Of a stretch of DNA of 64,000 nt, positions 1 through 13,200 are shown piece after piece. The DNA lies in contig CM119265.1 in assembly GCA_051294375.1 (NCBI GenBank), positions 27,162,517 through 27,226,516 on the forward strand, read 5' to 3'. The stretch comes from Paraspadella gotoi. Lineage: Eukaryota; Animalia; Chaetognatha. A program made the position numbers and the translations under genes. Each line of letters starts with the position of its first letter. Within the stretch, counting starts at the first letter, position 1. The notes under the pieces are model-generated. The model was not told where the DNA came from and did no database searches. It was given only the letters and a program-made list of their open reading frames with translations.

Positions 1-3000
1 CACGGCGCCTCTCTCTTCTTGCGAGAAGGCGTAGCCGGAAGAGGAAGAGGGAGCTTCTGCTTGATCCCCGCCAGATCCGTGTGGCCGGAGAATCTTGGAT
101 CCTTTGGAAACGATCGTCCTCGCCAAGAGCCCCGCCCGCTCGGAGAGAGAGAAGGATCCTCGCGCGGCTTTGGAGACGACGTCGCTGGGATCTTGATTGG
201 CCAGCTCCTCGTCGAGAACTCTCTCCGGCAGCGTCTTGTCGAAGGTGCGTTTGGCGACGCGGATAACGAAGTCCAGCGAGAGGCTGGCGATCGGCACCAT
301 GGGCAGGCAGACCCAGAAGATTCCGCTCCGCATGACGGATTGAAAAACTCCGTGAATCTCCGAAGCGACGGGCACGACCGGCCAGAGGTTGGAGTAGACG
401 GAGAGAAAGAAGAACCAGACGACGATGGATCCCCAGATGGCCAAGTGGGTCATCGCCGTCCACGAGGTCGTCTCCAGGAGAGCCTTGCCCGAAACGGTGA
501 CCACGGTGAAGGAATAGACGAGATTCCCCACAAAGGCCAACCCGCCCGTCTCGCCGTCGCCGTAGGCGGCGTCGTTGCGGCAAGCCAATACCGTCAGCCA
601 GAAGACGATCATGCTGTGGTAGACGCCGAAGATGCACCAGATCCAAAAGACCCTCACGTTGAAGAGGGAGGATGATTGGGAGAACTTGTAGAGCTGCGGG
701 AAGCGGAGCATGTTCTTCTTAGAAAACTGACGGTCGAAGAGGCCGAGTGCGACGGGAGGCGCCGCGGTGAAGACGACGTTGTAGAGAGCGATCGTCCACC
801 GATCGAAGAGGACCTGGGCGCTGAACCCGGAGATCATCCCGAACCAGACTTCGATGATGTAGAGGGTGATGTTCTTGTAGAAGCTGAAAAGGATGCATTT
901 GCAGAGTCTCGAGTAGTTCCAGGCGCCGTGGACGAGAAGGAGATGCTTCAGGAAGCGGAACTGCGCGATGGAGTAGTCCGAAGCGCAGGCGGCTTGGAGG
1001 CCTTCTTTGCCGGAGAGGCCGACGCCCACGTGGGCGCTGCGAATCATGCCGACGTCGTTGGCGCCGTCGCCGATGGCCAGGGTGATGCCCAACCCGGCCG
1101 TCTTGACCAGCTCGACCAGTTCGGACTTTTGCAGCGGCGTGGCGCGGCAGCAGATGACGCAGGAGCAGGAGACGGCCAGGGCGAGAAAGTCGCGTCGACA
1201 GTCGCAGGTGAGCGCGTACTTGAGGGTCTGACCGTCGATGACGAGGGCGGATTCTGGACCGAGGGCTCCCTCGCGCTCGCGGAGAGCCTCGCGAGTCGCG
1301 TCCAGGCTGGACTCGTTGAGGATGACCAGGTCCGTCGATCTGTCGATGAGGCGACACGAGAAGCCAACGTTGACGGCCGTCTCTTGACGGTCACCCGTTA
1401 AGACCCAAATCTTGATGCCCGCCGTGAGGAGATCCGAAATGGTGTCGGGGACACCGGCCTGCGGGAAAGTATTAATTATATGATAAATAATATATTATAT
1501 AATAATTATTTAAATAAAAAAGAAGTCGAATTTGTCGATTGAGAAAACAATTTGTGGTTCGTTCCAGAATTTTTTAAAATCTTTTTAAATTTTTTTTGTG
1601 CTAATAGTAATATCGTGCCTCTTTAAAACTATATTTATTCAATAATTTAACAAATAACTTGGCAATTAATTAAATGACATAAATTTTATGACATACATAA
1701 AAAAGCCAGAGCAAATAAACAATTAAATTATGATTCCCTCTCAGAAGCGAAGCAAAATCAAAACATTGCAAATTTGAACACCAGTAAGAGGACATGATTA
1801 AGTCGATTGAAACCAACATAAATCATCCAAAATATCGATCAATGACCCCAATATGTTTAAATATGAAAAGGGTGCAAAATAATTTCTAAACGTGTGTCCC
1901 GAACAATCCTAAAACATTCTTACCATAATATCTAAATAAAATGTGATTGGGTTTTAATAATGAAAACAAAAAAAGAAAAGGTTAGATTGGCAAACAAAAC
2001 AAAACAAAATTTCAAAAGGACTTTAGGCGTGCAAAAAGCTTCGTCCAACTGACCTGCAATTTGTCTTCGATGGCCGTGGCGCCGAGAAGAAAGAGATTAC
2101 GCTCGACTAACTCCGCCGCTTCTTCCAATTTTGTCTCTCGGTTGTGAAGGGAAGTGCTGGCCTTGTAGTAGGTGTGCTTCCAGTCTTCGTACACGTCCGC
2201 CTCGATCTCGGTGTAAGCGACGCAAAGAGTCCGCAGCCCTTCCTGAGCGAACTCCTTCAGATGAAGCATGGTGATGTCGGCGTAGAGCTGATTGTCCGAA
2301 AGCCGCTCGTAGATAACGTTGTCGGCGCCTTTGACGAAGAGTACTATCCGTCCGTCGGGCATCCGCAGAATCACGGACATGCGTCGCCGAGCGCTGGTAA
2401 AGTCCAAGACATTGAGCACTTGGTAGACGACGTCGACGCCGTCCACGTTGACGACGATCTCGTCGGGAAATCGTTGATGAAAACGAAACCCGAGACGAGC
2501 GGCGCCTTTCACCAGCGCCTCCTCGTCCGGCGACGAAGCCTGGTATAGGATTTCCGGAGCGCCGCTGCCGTCGGAACTGATGCTGCCGACGCCGCCGCCG
2601 CCGCCGCCGGAGTCCGGCGACACCGCGGCACCCGGAACCGACTCGCTTCGGCCCCGGAATTCAGGGACAACCGTGTGACAGGTGGAGATGAGCGTTAGAA
2701 ATTCCCTTATCACCGGCGCCGTCACGTGACCGAGTGAGAGATTCTCGCGCAAGGAAGGATCGTCGAATCCGTCTTGACCGTCGCGCGATCCTCCGTAGAC
2801 GAGCCCGGCGACGGAGCATTTTCGAAACTCCATCACGTTGCGAGTCAGAGTCCCCGTTTTGTCGGAGAAGATGTACTTGACTTGCCCCAACTCTTCGTTG
2901 AGATTGGAGGTCCGCGCCACGGCGGGCACGTCGCTCTCAGGGTCGTACATGTCCAAGTCCATGCTGATGAACATTGCCTGGATGAACTTGACCAACTCCA

Positions 3001-4177
3001 GGGTGACTTGCAGGCTGATAGGGATCAGGTTGTTGTAGAGGATGAAGAAGGTAAGAAAGTCGAAGCCGAAATTGGTGGGCGTGAAGGCGAGATACCAATG
3101 ATCGTCGAGATTTCGTTTCGCCAAAATCAAACTGGTCACGGAAGAAAGGAGGGATATCACGATGAGAATGACGAAGAGCATTATGATCTGCTGGTTGGTG
3201 ATGCGGTCCACGTTGGACCGTTTTAACGGCGCCGCGGTGGAGTTCATCATCAGCTTGGTCTCCGCGCCGGTGTAGAGAACGACGCCGACGATCCAGCGGG
3301 TGTTTTTGAGCAGGGCTCCGCGAAGGAGCACGTTGTCCGGACCAAGCGGGACGGCCTTGTCCGCGTCGAGCTGCAGATTGCCCACGAATTCGTCGAGATG
3401 CTTGTTGGGGGCTTCGCACTCGACTTTGCCGTTCAAGGCGGCGAGATCTCGTTGCGTCTTGAGTCCCGCCGTGGCCTCGAGACCCTTGCGGATCTTGAGG
3501 TTGGTCTCTCCGTCGAGATTGGAGGTCTCCACGAAGCACATGGCCTGGGGTTCGCTCGAGGAAAGGAGGAGGATGTCGGCCGGGAAGAGTTGATTGTTCT
3601 TGACGGTGACGACGTCGCCGACGGAGATCTCCGTCCAACGCGACCACACCCACTTTCCCTGGCGGAGAACTTCCACTTTGCTTCGATTGACGACGCGATC
3701 CGCCCGGTGGCGCTTCCAATCCTCGACCATCTCCTTCACCGCGGAGACGGTGAGGATGAGGAGGAGCGGAAAGGCGGTGGTGTAGCGGCCGGTGGGCGAG
3801 ACGTCGGGGATTTGCTGGAGCAAGGCGATGACGAGGAAGAAGATGTTAGCGTAGCGATGAAACTGTTCGAAGAGAAACTTGGGAAAGAAGGAGACCGGGT
3901 TATATTTGGCCGTGGAGATTTTGTTGTCGCAAAAGTCGCCCCTCAGCGGTTGGTTAATGTAGAAGACGCGGGAGTCGGCGCCGCCGCCGTCGGGGGCGTC
4001 CGTCGTCGTCGTCGATGTGGCGTCGCGATCGAAGGCGGCGCCGGCGCCGCTTTGGCGGTAATTGCGGCGCGTGAGGGTCCCTTGGAGGCTTCGCGTGGCC
4101 GAGGAGAGGCTGTTGATGGAATAGACGCTGCGAGGTCGCGCGGACGAGGAAGCCTCCTCGCGGAGTTTGGCCGCCAT
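1..4177 (-). CDS. ATP8A1: P4-type phospholipid-flipping ATPase (ATP8A1/2-like), 3' end runs off the window; exons 4177-2054 and 1458-<1
   Basis: ORF 2012..4177 has DNKISTAKYN, NLDGETNLK, LIPISL and the DKTGTLT phosphorylation motif. GT donor at 2053 and AG acceptor at 1459 continue the frame into GDGANDVGMI and the C-terminal TM helices. Confidence 0.93.
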
Positions 4178-5471
4178 TTTCTTTTGAAATGTCGGAATTG
4201 GAAAATAAACAAACGAAATGTCAAAAGGTCGCTTCGAGAGAAAGCGTCATAGTCTCTGTGAAGAAACGATAGTAAATGGAGTTGGTTGCGACAAAACGCA
4301 AACATTGACCGAATGATAAAGTATAATTTTTTTGTTTTAACCATAAACAATAAAAAAATATTTCTATATATATATATAGGCCGCACAACTAGATCTGTCG
4401 TTCAGCAATAAAATGACTCGAGGACAAAAAATGGGGGGCGATCGAGCGGGAAGGGCGTTTCGAATTAATGATTAAGCTTGGGTTGCAGCTCCGGCCGACA
4501 CGGATACCCTAACGCACGTTCACCGTGCACTCATGGCTTCTTTTTTTAGTAGTAAGCAGTGAAATGAAAAAAACCATAACAGATTGCATTAGAATAAGCG
4601 ATTCAAAACTAAATGTACTTGTCACGAGAACTCTCATACCAAAAACTCCTTTTTTTTACACTTCCGCACCATAAAATGATTACCACGAATCGAAGTCGCG
4701 TATCGAAGTCGCGTAATTTTTTTTATACTTCTTAAAAGAAAATAATGACAAACAATGGGGTGATCCGTGGTTTTCTGACGTAATAATAAAAATGGTTAAA
4801 ATTATATAAGGCACTAAAATCGAAAAAATAATTAGGACGCAAAAAGCTCTGCAATAAAATAAATAGATAGAAGATAAACTAATAATAGTTAATATAATAT
4901 GATCCGGCCTAATGAGTCTTAATAAATATTTTAAACCGCATTGTTATAAAAATTATACATCTTTTAAAAGAATAATGACTAAAACGTATTTCTAATGAGG
5001 AATCCAAAAATAAACATAAGCGCTCCACTCATCGCCCTCCATATCTTCTTTTCACCTTCGGCAATGAATACAGGGTAGGGGCGAGGGGCGAGGGGCGAGG
5101 GGGGAAGAGAAGAAAAATAAAGAGAGAATGAAAGTGAAATATTTTATCTAAGGCCGGGATATAAATTTCAAATTCTCGCAATAAAGCACAGAGTGAGATA
5201 CCGTACAATTTGAATGACTAAGTTTTCCGCAGGCTAACTTTCTGTAGAGGGGGGGGAAGAAGACTAAATAGATGACTACCGAATGCGCAAAATTGTTGTT
5301 GTTGTCCTTGTCCAATTCAATNNNNNNNNNNTTATTTCATTTTTAGTTTCTCGAGAGACATATTATCGGACGAACGAAAAAATAAGGGTAAATCTTCGAT
5401 GAAAGATGAACTTTCGAAACTGGGTAGCGGTTGAAGGGAGGGTAGCGGAAAAACGCGATGTACCCCCCCTC

Positions 5472-8400
5472 TCAGTTGTGCGGCGGCGGCTGGAGCTGCG
5501 CGGGCGACGCCGCCGCCGCCGAAGATTCCGTCGTCTCGCGCAGATGATTCGGGGCTTCGGCGAAGAGAAACTTGAGTCTGAAGGCCTCGGCCAACATGAG
5601 GCTGATCTCTTCCTCACCCCAATCGGTGGTGGGGGGATTTTGAAGAAATATCATGATACCCTAACGAAAAAGCAGTGAAGCAAGGGGAAAGATAAGAGAT
5701 AGATTCTTAGAATAGAATAGTATTCATCAATCTCATTTGCATATAGTAGTAAATTCATAGATTCACAGATGATTTTGTGATATTTTGACAAAATAATTTT
5801 GAGAGTGATGATTGAGAGTTTATTTCTATTCTGGCTGGCCTTTTCATAATTCATAAATAGTTTATTAGTCAAAGTGAAATCAATAGTCAGTTTGGATGAG
5901 ATGCACTATCATGATAGAGTCTTATATCTCTGAAGTCCCTGCTCAATATATTAAGTGTTAATGCTTTGTATTAATAAATATTAATTGTATATTGAGACGT
6001 CCTCCATATATAATAATAAAGGTAAGTTATGCTTTTATTTGTCTTTATTTAAAGTCATTTAGTTACAACAATAAATAAAGCAAAAAGGCAAAGCGTGAAT
6101 TACCACTGAAGTTACATATCAACATAGCAGGATAGATACATAGATACATAGCAAGATAGCTTGTTTATTAAATGAATGGATAATTTTCATATTGGTTGTA
6201 CCAATTTCATATAATTCATAACCCGAGTTCTGCTCTCATAGAAAGTGAAAAACTCGCTCAGTTTTTGAATGAGTAAGATGGGTAAGGTGGGAAAGTCGGT
6301 TTCTACAAAAGGAGACACATAACGCTTTCCATTCTGAGACCTGAAAATCCCTCTGCTGCATGAGCTCCTTCGACCAAAGGTTGAGGAAGGCCGCGCAGAC
6401 GTAGAGATGAAAGACGGCAAATCCGTCGGGTTCGCTCCAGTACGTGTCCCAGAGTCGTATGGTGCAGTGGAGCGGCATCTCTCGCATCAACAAGTTGTTC
6501 ATCCAGCTTGGGGGAAAACAGAATGGAGGAAAAAGCTAAGTTAGTGGAGCGAAAAAATTAAATTTCGAGGAATGATAGCAAATAATAATAAATAATAACA
6601 AATACCGAAAGGCGAACTGGAGATACTCGACAGTCTGATTCTCCATGTGATGATGCAGATCACCGTCGATCCGCTTTGTCAAATCCTTTAATTTCAGAAC
6701 CTATCAAAAGGTGTAATAAATCTTCTTTCATTTGAGACATTTGTCAATCTCAAGTCCTGACAACAAGTTTTAACCCCCACAAGTTAACCACAAGTCTCCT
6801 CTGCGGCACAAGTTTCCAAGATGTTGCAAACACTTCTTTCTTTCTTTCTTTCTTTCTGACCTTTGTCTGAATTCCCGGTTGAGCGAAAGTGTAGTTGTCC
6901 TGAATCCCGTCCAACAGTTTGCTGAAACACCAGAACGAATCTGCCTCCACGCTCTTCAACTGCGACTCTTCGACCCCGCTCAAATCCACTTCTTTCGCGT
7001 TCAACTTTTCCCTGGAAGACACGTCCACTTCTAATGGGTGGAAGAAAAATGAAGTTGGCAAAGATAATGGCACCAATGAAATGGCATCTTTTTGCCAGCG
7101 AGGGGGGAAATGAGCTCACCGAGGAACTGACTCAAGAAAACGACAAAGAAAGGCGTGACAAGGTCGTTCATTCCCTGCACGTAGCCCGAGGCCGGATGTC
7201 TCACGGCCCAAATGAAAAGGATGCGCTCGAAAATCTCTTGGACGACCTGGGGAAGAAATGAAAAATAACAAAAGATCATTAAAGAGGGTGGAAAATAAAA
7301 GACAACAACAACAACAACAACAACGTCTCTCACGGATTTTTGAAAGAGAGGAATGAGAGGATTCATCCTTGGAATGTCGATGTGGATCTGGCGGAAAGTA
7401 TCTTGATGCATGGACGAATTGCGCTGCGAGAAATACTGGTCGACGAAGCCAAAGTACTCGAGGCGTTTACGGTCCAAAGTCGCCTTTAAAACAGCCCAGG
7501 GTGGAAAGGGGAAAATCAGAAGGTGAGGGTAAAAGATTTTTCAAAAGGACTCGGGAACAAAACCTCTCTCCTGTCGACGTTGGGCGGGAGGTAACCGGTG
7601 AGCAGTTGCCAGGCGACGGGGCGAACATCCTTGGGAATCCCGTTCCAACTCAAGCGGCGGAGTTCGTCGAGACTCGGGTTCGAGGCGGAGAGGAGATCCT
7701 TGAATTTGCTCAATCGAGCCGTCGGGCGGTCGGGCACCTGGTGGAAGAGTGCAAAATTCAGTCGAGCGCAATCTCTCTCTCTCTCTCCCTCTCTCTCTCT
7801 CTCACCGTTATCGATGCCAAGATTCCCCTCGTGGATTTCTCCGGCGGCGTGGGCGCCGGATTCCCGGCCGGGCCCAGCCGCAACGCCATGCCAGGCGCCG
7901 GCCCTTTGGAATTGGGCGTCGTGATGGCGCTGGAGCCGGCGTCGGTCAAGTCGCTGCGTCGTCGACCGGACATTCGTCGTCCGGGAGGCGTCTTTTGCAG
8001 GGCGTCGGCCTCGATCACGATGGCGCCGCCGCTCTGAACGCCGGCGACGCCGCGAGATTTTCGGAGAATTTTCGGGTGAGAGTGAGAGTGGGTCTGGCAG
8101 CGGGAAAAAATAAATAAATACTATTTATTCTATTTATTAAACAGTCGCGAGGCTTTGTCCATAGCGTTGTTTCACCCAACCGAAAAATCAAATGTATCTT
8201 TGCACTTTCCCGTATCCGCTGACGGTATAAAAAAACAACAAAACAAAAAAATGAATTTCTACAATATGCAAATGAGATTAAGAATTCACCGTGGCTTTGA
8301 CGTTGAGGTTGGAGGCGGCGATGGCCAAGAGATCGTCGTCGGCGGCGTCCCAAGCGTCCGAGGTTCGCGACGCGAAATCGTCGAACGAGTCGCCGTGGGA

Positions 8401-8718
8401 TGCGACGCCGGGGACTCTTCCGGTCGGCGGGCGCGACGGCGTTGTCGGCCCCGCGTGAGGCGTCTCCCCGGCGTCCGTGGCGCGAGCGGCGGCGTTTTTG
8501 TGCGCGGAATCGAGGCGAGTCTGTGATTGGGACGGAACCGGCGTCTTTTTCTTGGTGGGCGTGTCACCCACCGACCTGAGAACGTCGGTATCCGCGGGTT
8601 GACGAAGCGGAGGGTGTTGGGCGCCGTAGACCGGCTTGATCGTCCCCGGTCGCGCCGCGGAACGATTGGGGCCAGAGGAGGAGGAGGCGGCGCGTTGGCT
8701 CGCCGCGCTGGCGTACAT
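5472..8718 (-). CDS. TBC1D22: TBC1 domain Rab-GAP, TBC1D22A/B-like (multi-exon)
   Basis: Exon pieces LRRLSWNGIP..RPVAWQLLTGYLP, QIHIDIPR (Arg finger), RHPASGYVQGMNDL (Gln finger), EADSFWCFSKLLDGIQDNYTFAQPGIQ, WMNNLLMRE..IRLWDTY, and last exon LQNPPTTDWGEEEISLMLAEAFRLKFLF. Confidence 0.93.
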
Positions 8719-8877
8719 CTCGGCAGTTATAGAAGGACAGTCTCGGCGGCGAGCAGAGAAGGAGGAGCAAAATGATCACAGTATCTTTTGTGCAGTTAAC
8801 TCGGTACTAATCACCAATTCGGGGCAGAGGAGGTGGTAATGAGGGTGCTGGGCGGTGAAATAATAAAGGAAGAAGCG

Positions 8878-9801
8878 TCAGAACTCGATTCCGTATTTTT
8901 CAAAGTTTCTGACGATGACGCCGAGACGGACGCTAACGGTTCCCATGGCGACCGTGTTTAGGCGATACCGGTCAACGCCCGACGACGACATTTCGGGAAA
9001 ACGAAGTTGCGCCGATCCGCCGATCAATTGTTGCTGGATGGTTTCCCAAGTTGAACTGGGAATTATCAAATTAATATTTTTTTTAAGATTAAGAAATTAT
9101 TATAAATCAAGCAATATGTTCACAGTAATTTGTCGATCATTTGAAATTAGATTGATTTTATCAATATCATTTACATATTGTCGTGTTTCCATTTAATATT
9201 GATTAATTTTCAATTTTTCTCATTTGAGGTAATCCACAAATTAATCTGCTACAAATATTGCCATTTTACATCGCCAAATGATTATGTTTGTTAGTGGTTG
9301 AATTAAGAGTAAAGTAATAATTAATTGAATTATCGTAATACCTTAATTAAGACTCACCCAACTGGCTGCCAAGTGGCTATCTCGATCTCGTGATCTCCAG
9401 GCGACGTCGGGACGTGACAAAAGCCGTAGCCTTCCAGCTGATGTCTCCCCGCCCAGTCCTGGCTCCACACTTGAACGGAGAGCTTGGGCCAACCTTGAAG
9501 GCCTATTCGAGATTCAAAAGGGAATATGAATGAGGGAGAAGGATGTCTCTCTCTCTCTCTCTGAGGTAATTAGTGTATCTCTCGCTCTCCGTCTACCTTT
9601 GGTGGCGAAATGCAGATCGATGGGATGGCTCCAGTGGGCGAAGGACTCGATGGCGGGCGAGTCGACCTGAGTCTGTCCCTCAGCCCGTCCGGCCAAAACC
9701 TTCCAACCGCCGCCGAACCCGACGCGCCACTTGCAAAAGAGCGAAGAGGCCGGAAACCCGGACGCGCCCTCTATACGACCGATCACGTGGACTTCGGCCA
9801 T
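8878..9801 (-). CDS. B9D2: B9 domain-containing protein 2 (ciliary transition zone); exons ~9801-9597, 9503-9358, 9056-8878
   Basis: [42 protein letters not shown], then [35 protein letters not shown], then [23 protein letters not shown]. Confidence 0.93.
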
Positions 9802-10235
9802 GGCGACGAGAGGTGATTGTTGTTGTTGTGGAACGAGGAAGAAAATGAGCGGAAACGAGCGGGAAACATTATTTCTCTCCGCGAGCGAGAGATGGCGAGA
9901 TAAGAGTTATTTTTAATCTCCAATTGAAAAAAAAAATAATAATAGGAGAACCCCGAAAAAATAATAAATTCTAAAGAAATATAAATTATGAAAATTACTA
10001 TTAAAATACTTTAACAACGAAAATACGAACGATAAAAAATACAAAACAATAACGAGAGTAAATATAATTCCAAAAATTGGTGCGAAAGTTAAGTCTGGCT
10101 TGTGATTGTCATGGCAACAACGAGATTTAAAGTCAACAACTATTTCATATTTGGTGAGAATTCGGTATAAAATTTTGGTTGTGCTCGATCAGAAATTGGC
10201 TTCCGAGTAAACAATATTGTCCGGGACTAAATGTT

Positions 10236-13200
10236 TCAGGAAAATTGTGAGCAATCGTAAGATTTCGCGTCTTCATAAATCAACCTCTTTTTACATTTTA
10301 ACGAGTCGGAGGTCGAACAACTTATATTCTTTTCGGAGTTCAATGAACTTCTTTTATTAAATATGAATAAGCTTTTAGCGGGGCGAGTCGACCAAGAGCT
10401 TTTTGGGTCAGTGAGAAGGGAATGTGGAATTGAGTCGGAAGTCAAAGAATTCCTCTTCGTTTCCGAGATGCGATTCTTCGGCTTTTCAACGTCGAAACGA
10501 TCCTCTTTTGTTCCTTCCTCTTCAGCGGAAGACGACTCGGCGTCGAGCACCATCTTCCCGTAAGGGGAGAGTCCCTTGACCCGGACAGAGGCGACTCCGT
10601 CGGGCAATGGTGGGCGTGGCTTTCTTCGGTCGGACAAAAGGGCGGCGTTTCGCGGCGACGAAATTCCCGAAGCGACAAGACGAGGGATTTTTGATCGAGG
10701 ATTGATCCAGTCTCGGTTTTTCTCTCCCACTCTCGGTCGAGAAAGGAGTGAGAGAGAGTCGCGATTCTTAGCTCTCTCGCTCTCACGCTCCATCTCTATT
10801 TGCGCCAAGAGACGACGTCTTTCCTTTGTCGACGCGATCATCATCCTCCATCCATCAAAGGCCGATCTCAACGCGTGACGCTCTTCCCCGCTGCTCCATC
10901 TTCTCGATGCGACGTCCCTCGCCAGTTGTAATCGCCACGCTTTCCAACAGGATTCCAAGACGCCGATAGTCGCCACCTCGGCGGCGAGGGAGGCGCGGCG
11001 TCGACGGTCTTCCGTCCACAGAATCCAAGAGTCTAAGCTGCGACGAATCAACAGGCGGGATCGCTGCTGGCGGACGTTGGCGGCGACGAGAGCGGCGGAG
11101 CGCCAGGAGGCGAAACAGCGCCGCGACAAAGACGTCACGTGACTGGAGATGGCGTCGGAGAAGGAACGAGATCTTTTGATCGACGTCGCCCGATTTTTCC
11201 ATCGGACGAAATACTTTCGCTCAAGTGCGACGCGACGCCAAAGAACGAACGCGTTTTTGATCAGCGACGAATCGCTAAAGAAAATCGCGTCGCGGATCCG
11301 ACGAGATCTTTTGTTCGCCTCGACGCGGTCGCGCCAACGAGAAAAGTAGAGGCGCTGCAGTGTGGACTTTTTCCAAGAAGAAAAACATAAATGCATCGAC
11401 TTTTTTAGTCTCGATTTTCGAAATTCCCGAATTTTTTCCGACTTCGTTTTCCAAGCGACGAAATTATTCATCTTACAAACGACTCTTCTTTCCTCCTCCA
11501 CTTTTTCGGCGACGCCGACCAAAACGACGCCGATTCGTCGCATCGACCGGCGCCAATCCTCAAAACGGCGCCGTAGGAGATTCCCCACATGAAATCTGAG
11601 CGCCTTCGCTTCCAACCTATCGATTCTCCAAGCAAAAAAGCAAACTCGCATCGCGGTCTCCGATTTGGCCTGGGTTCTGCGGCGGACGAGCCTCTCCAGC
11701 GCCAACGCTTGACCCCAAGACTCGAAAGTCCTTCGTTGACGAGAGAAATGACAGCGATCGTCGGCGACCCGCTTCGTCTCTTCAATCTCCTTCCGCCTTC
11801 GACTCGATTCCATCCAACTTTTCAAGCAGAATCGCGAGACTTCCTCATTTCTCGATTTCACCGCCAGCGTCGATATCGAGGCGCGGCGATGCCACGACAA
11901 AAAGGTCTCCTTCAAACGACGCCGTTCGACGCCGGATTCAACCTCTCGTCTAGAAATTGAGGCTCTCCTCGATCGCTGCGTCCACGCCCTCCATCGACGA
12001 AACGCGTCACGACTCGTCCGTGCCTCTTCTGCGTGACGCTTCATCGCCTCTAACGCGTGACATTCGAGACGCTCAGCGTCGAAATCCACGGCGACGATTT
12101 GACGTTTCGTCGTCTCCCGCCAACGACGCAGAATCGCCAACAGACCGAGATCGATTATTCGTTGTCGGGCGCGCGTCAGTCGAACCTCGCGCGCTCTTTC
12201 CGTGAGTGCGAGATTGTGCCATGAAATGAAAATCAACTTGGCCCTCGACTTGGTCTTCTCAATCTCAATTGATTTGTCTTGCAGACGACGTCGCCATTGA
12301 GCAAACATTGTCTTTAATCTTCTCGATCGCGCCTCCAAACAGCCCTGCTGAAGTCGTCGACGCGTGGCCGCGAAAGCCTTCCATTGAAGAAACCGTCGTC
12401 TCGCGATCTTGCCTTCAAAATGTCTCTTCGGAGCGACGGCCTGTTTACGCCATTGATCGAAGACAATCCCCAATACCACGCGACGATTCATCTCTCGACG
12501 AGAAGCTTCTGCGAAACTCAACATCCTCGATCGCGCCGACTTCTCTCGCCACAGCCTCGCGATTCGCGCCACATTTTCCAAGACTTTTATTCGCTTCGCT
12601 TTCGCCGCGGAATGCAGACTTCGACGCCGCCATCGACGCCGCCATTCATCAAAGGCGACGCCGCAAATCCTCGTCTTTCTCTCGCGCGTCGCTGACTCCA
12701 GCTTTTCCTCGTTTCTTTTCTTCCTCGCGACGAAGTTGAACAAACGAGAGAAGATGCGATGCTGCAGTACTATGCGGCTTCGCTCGACGGCTGACGCGAC
12801 TCTGCGCTGCCGTTGCCGCCACTCGTCGAAGGAGAATCTCACGCGCCGCGCGGCGAACTCGGCGACAATTTCCTGGAGATCAACTCTTGTTATTTTGTTT
12901 CTGGCGACGAAATTTCTCCATTGCTCAAAGGCGATCGAAAGGGGCCAGTTTCGCCATCTCGTTACTATCCAAACGCAAAGGGCCGTTTTGGAATAGACCT
13001 CTCGTTGTTGTTGTTGTTGTAGGTATGGCACAAATGGATTCCCAGAGATAACGTTGACCGGTCCCGCGCGATCGACTTCCCCGCTCTCGCGCCCTTCGTC
13101 GCTCCACGATATTTCGATGGAAGTGGACATGAGACTCGGGGCTTCTTCCTCCGCATCTTCCGAAGCGACGCCGGGACCGAGGCGCCGAGATTCCATCCTA

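Noticed and set aside
19-1401. Long plus-strand ORFs 19..675 and 676..1401 (also 3398..4252)
   Set aside because: Antisense shadows of the GC-rich ATP8A exons; the minus frame carries the conserved P-type ATPase motifs.
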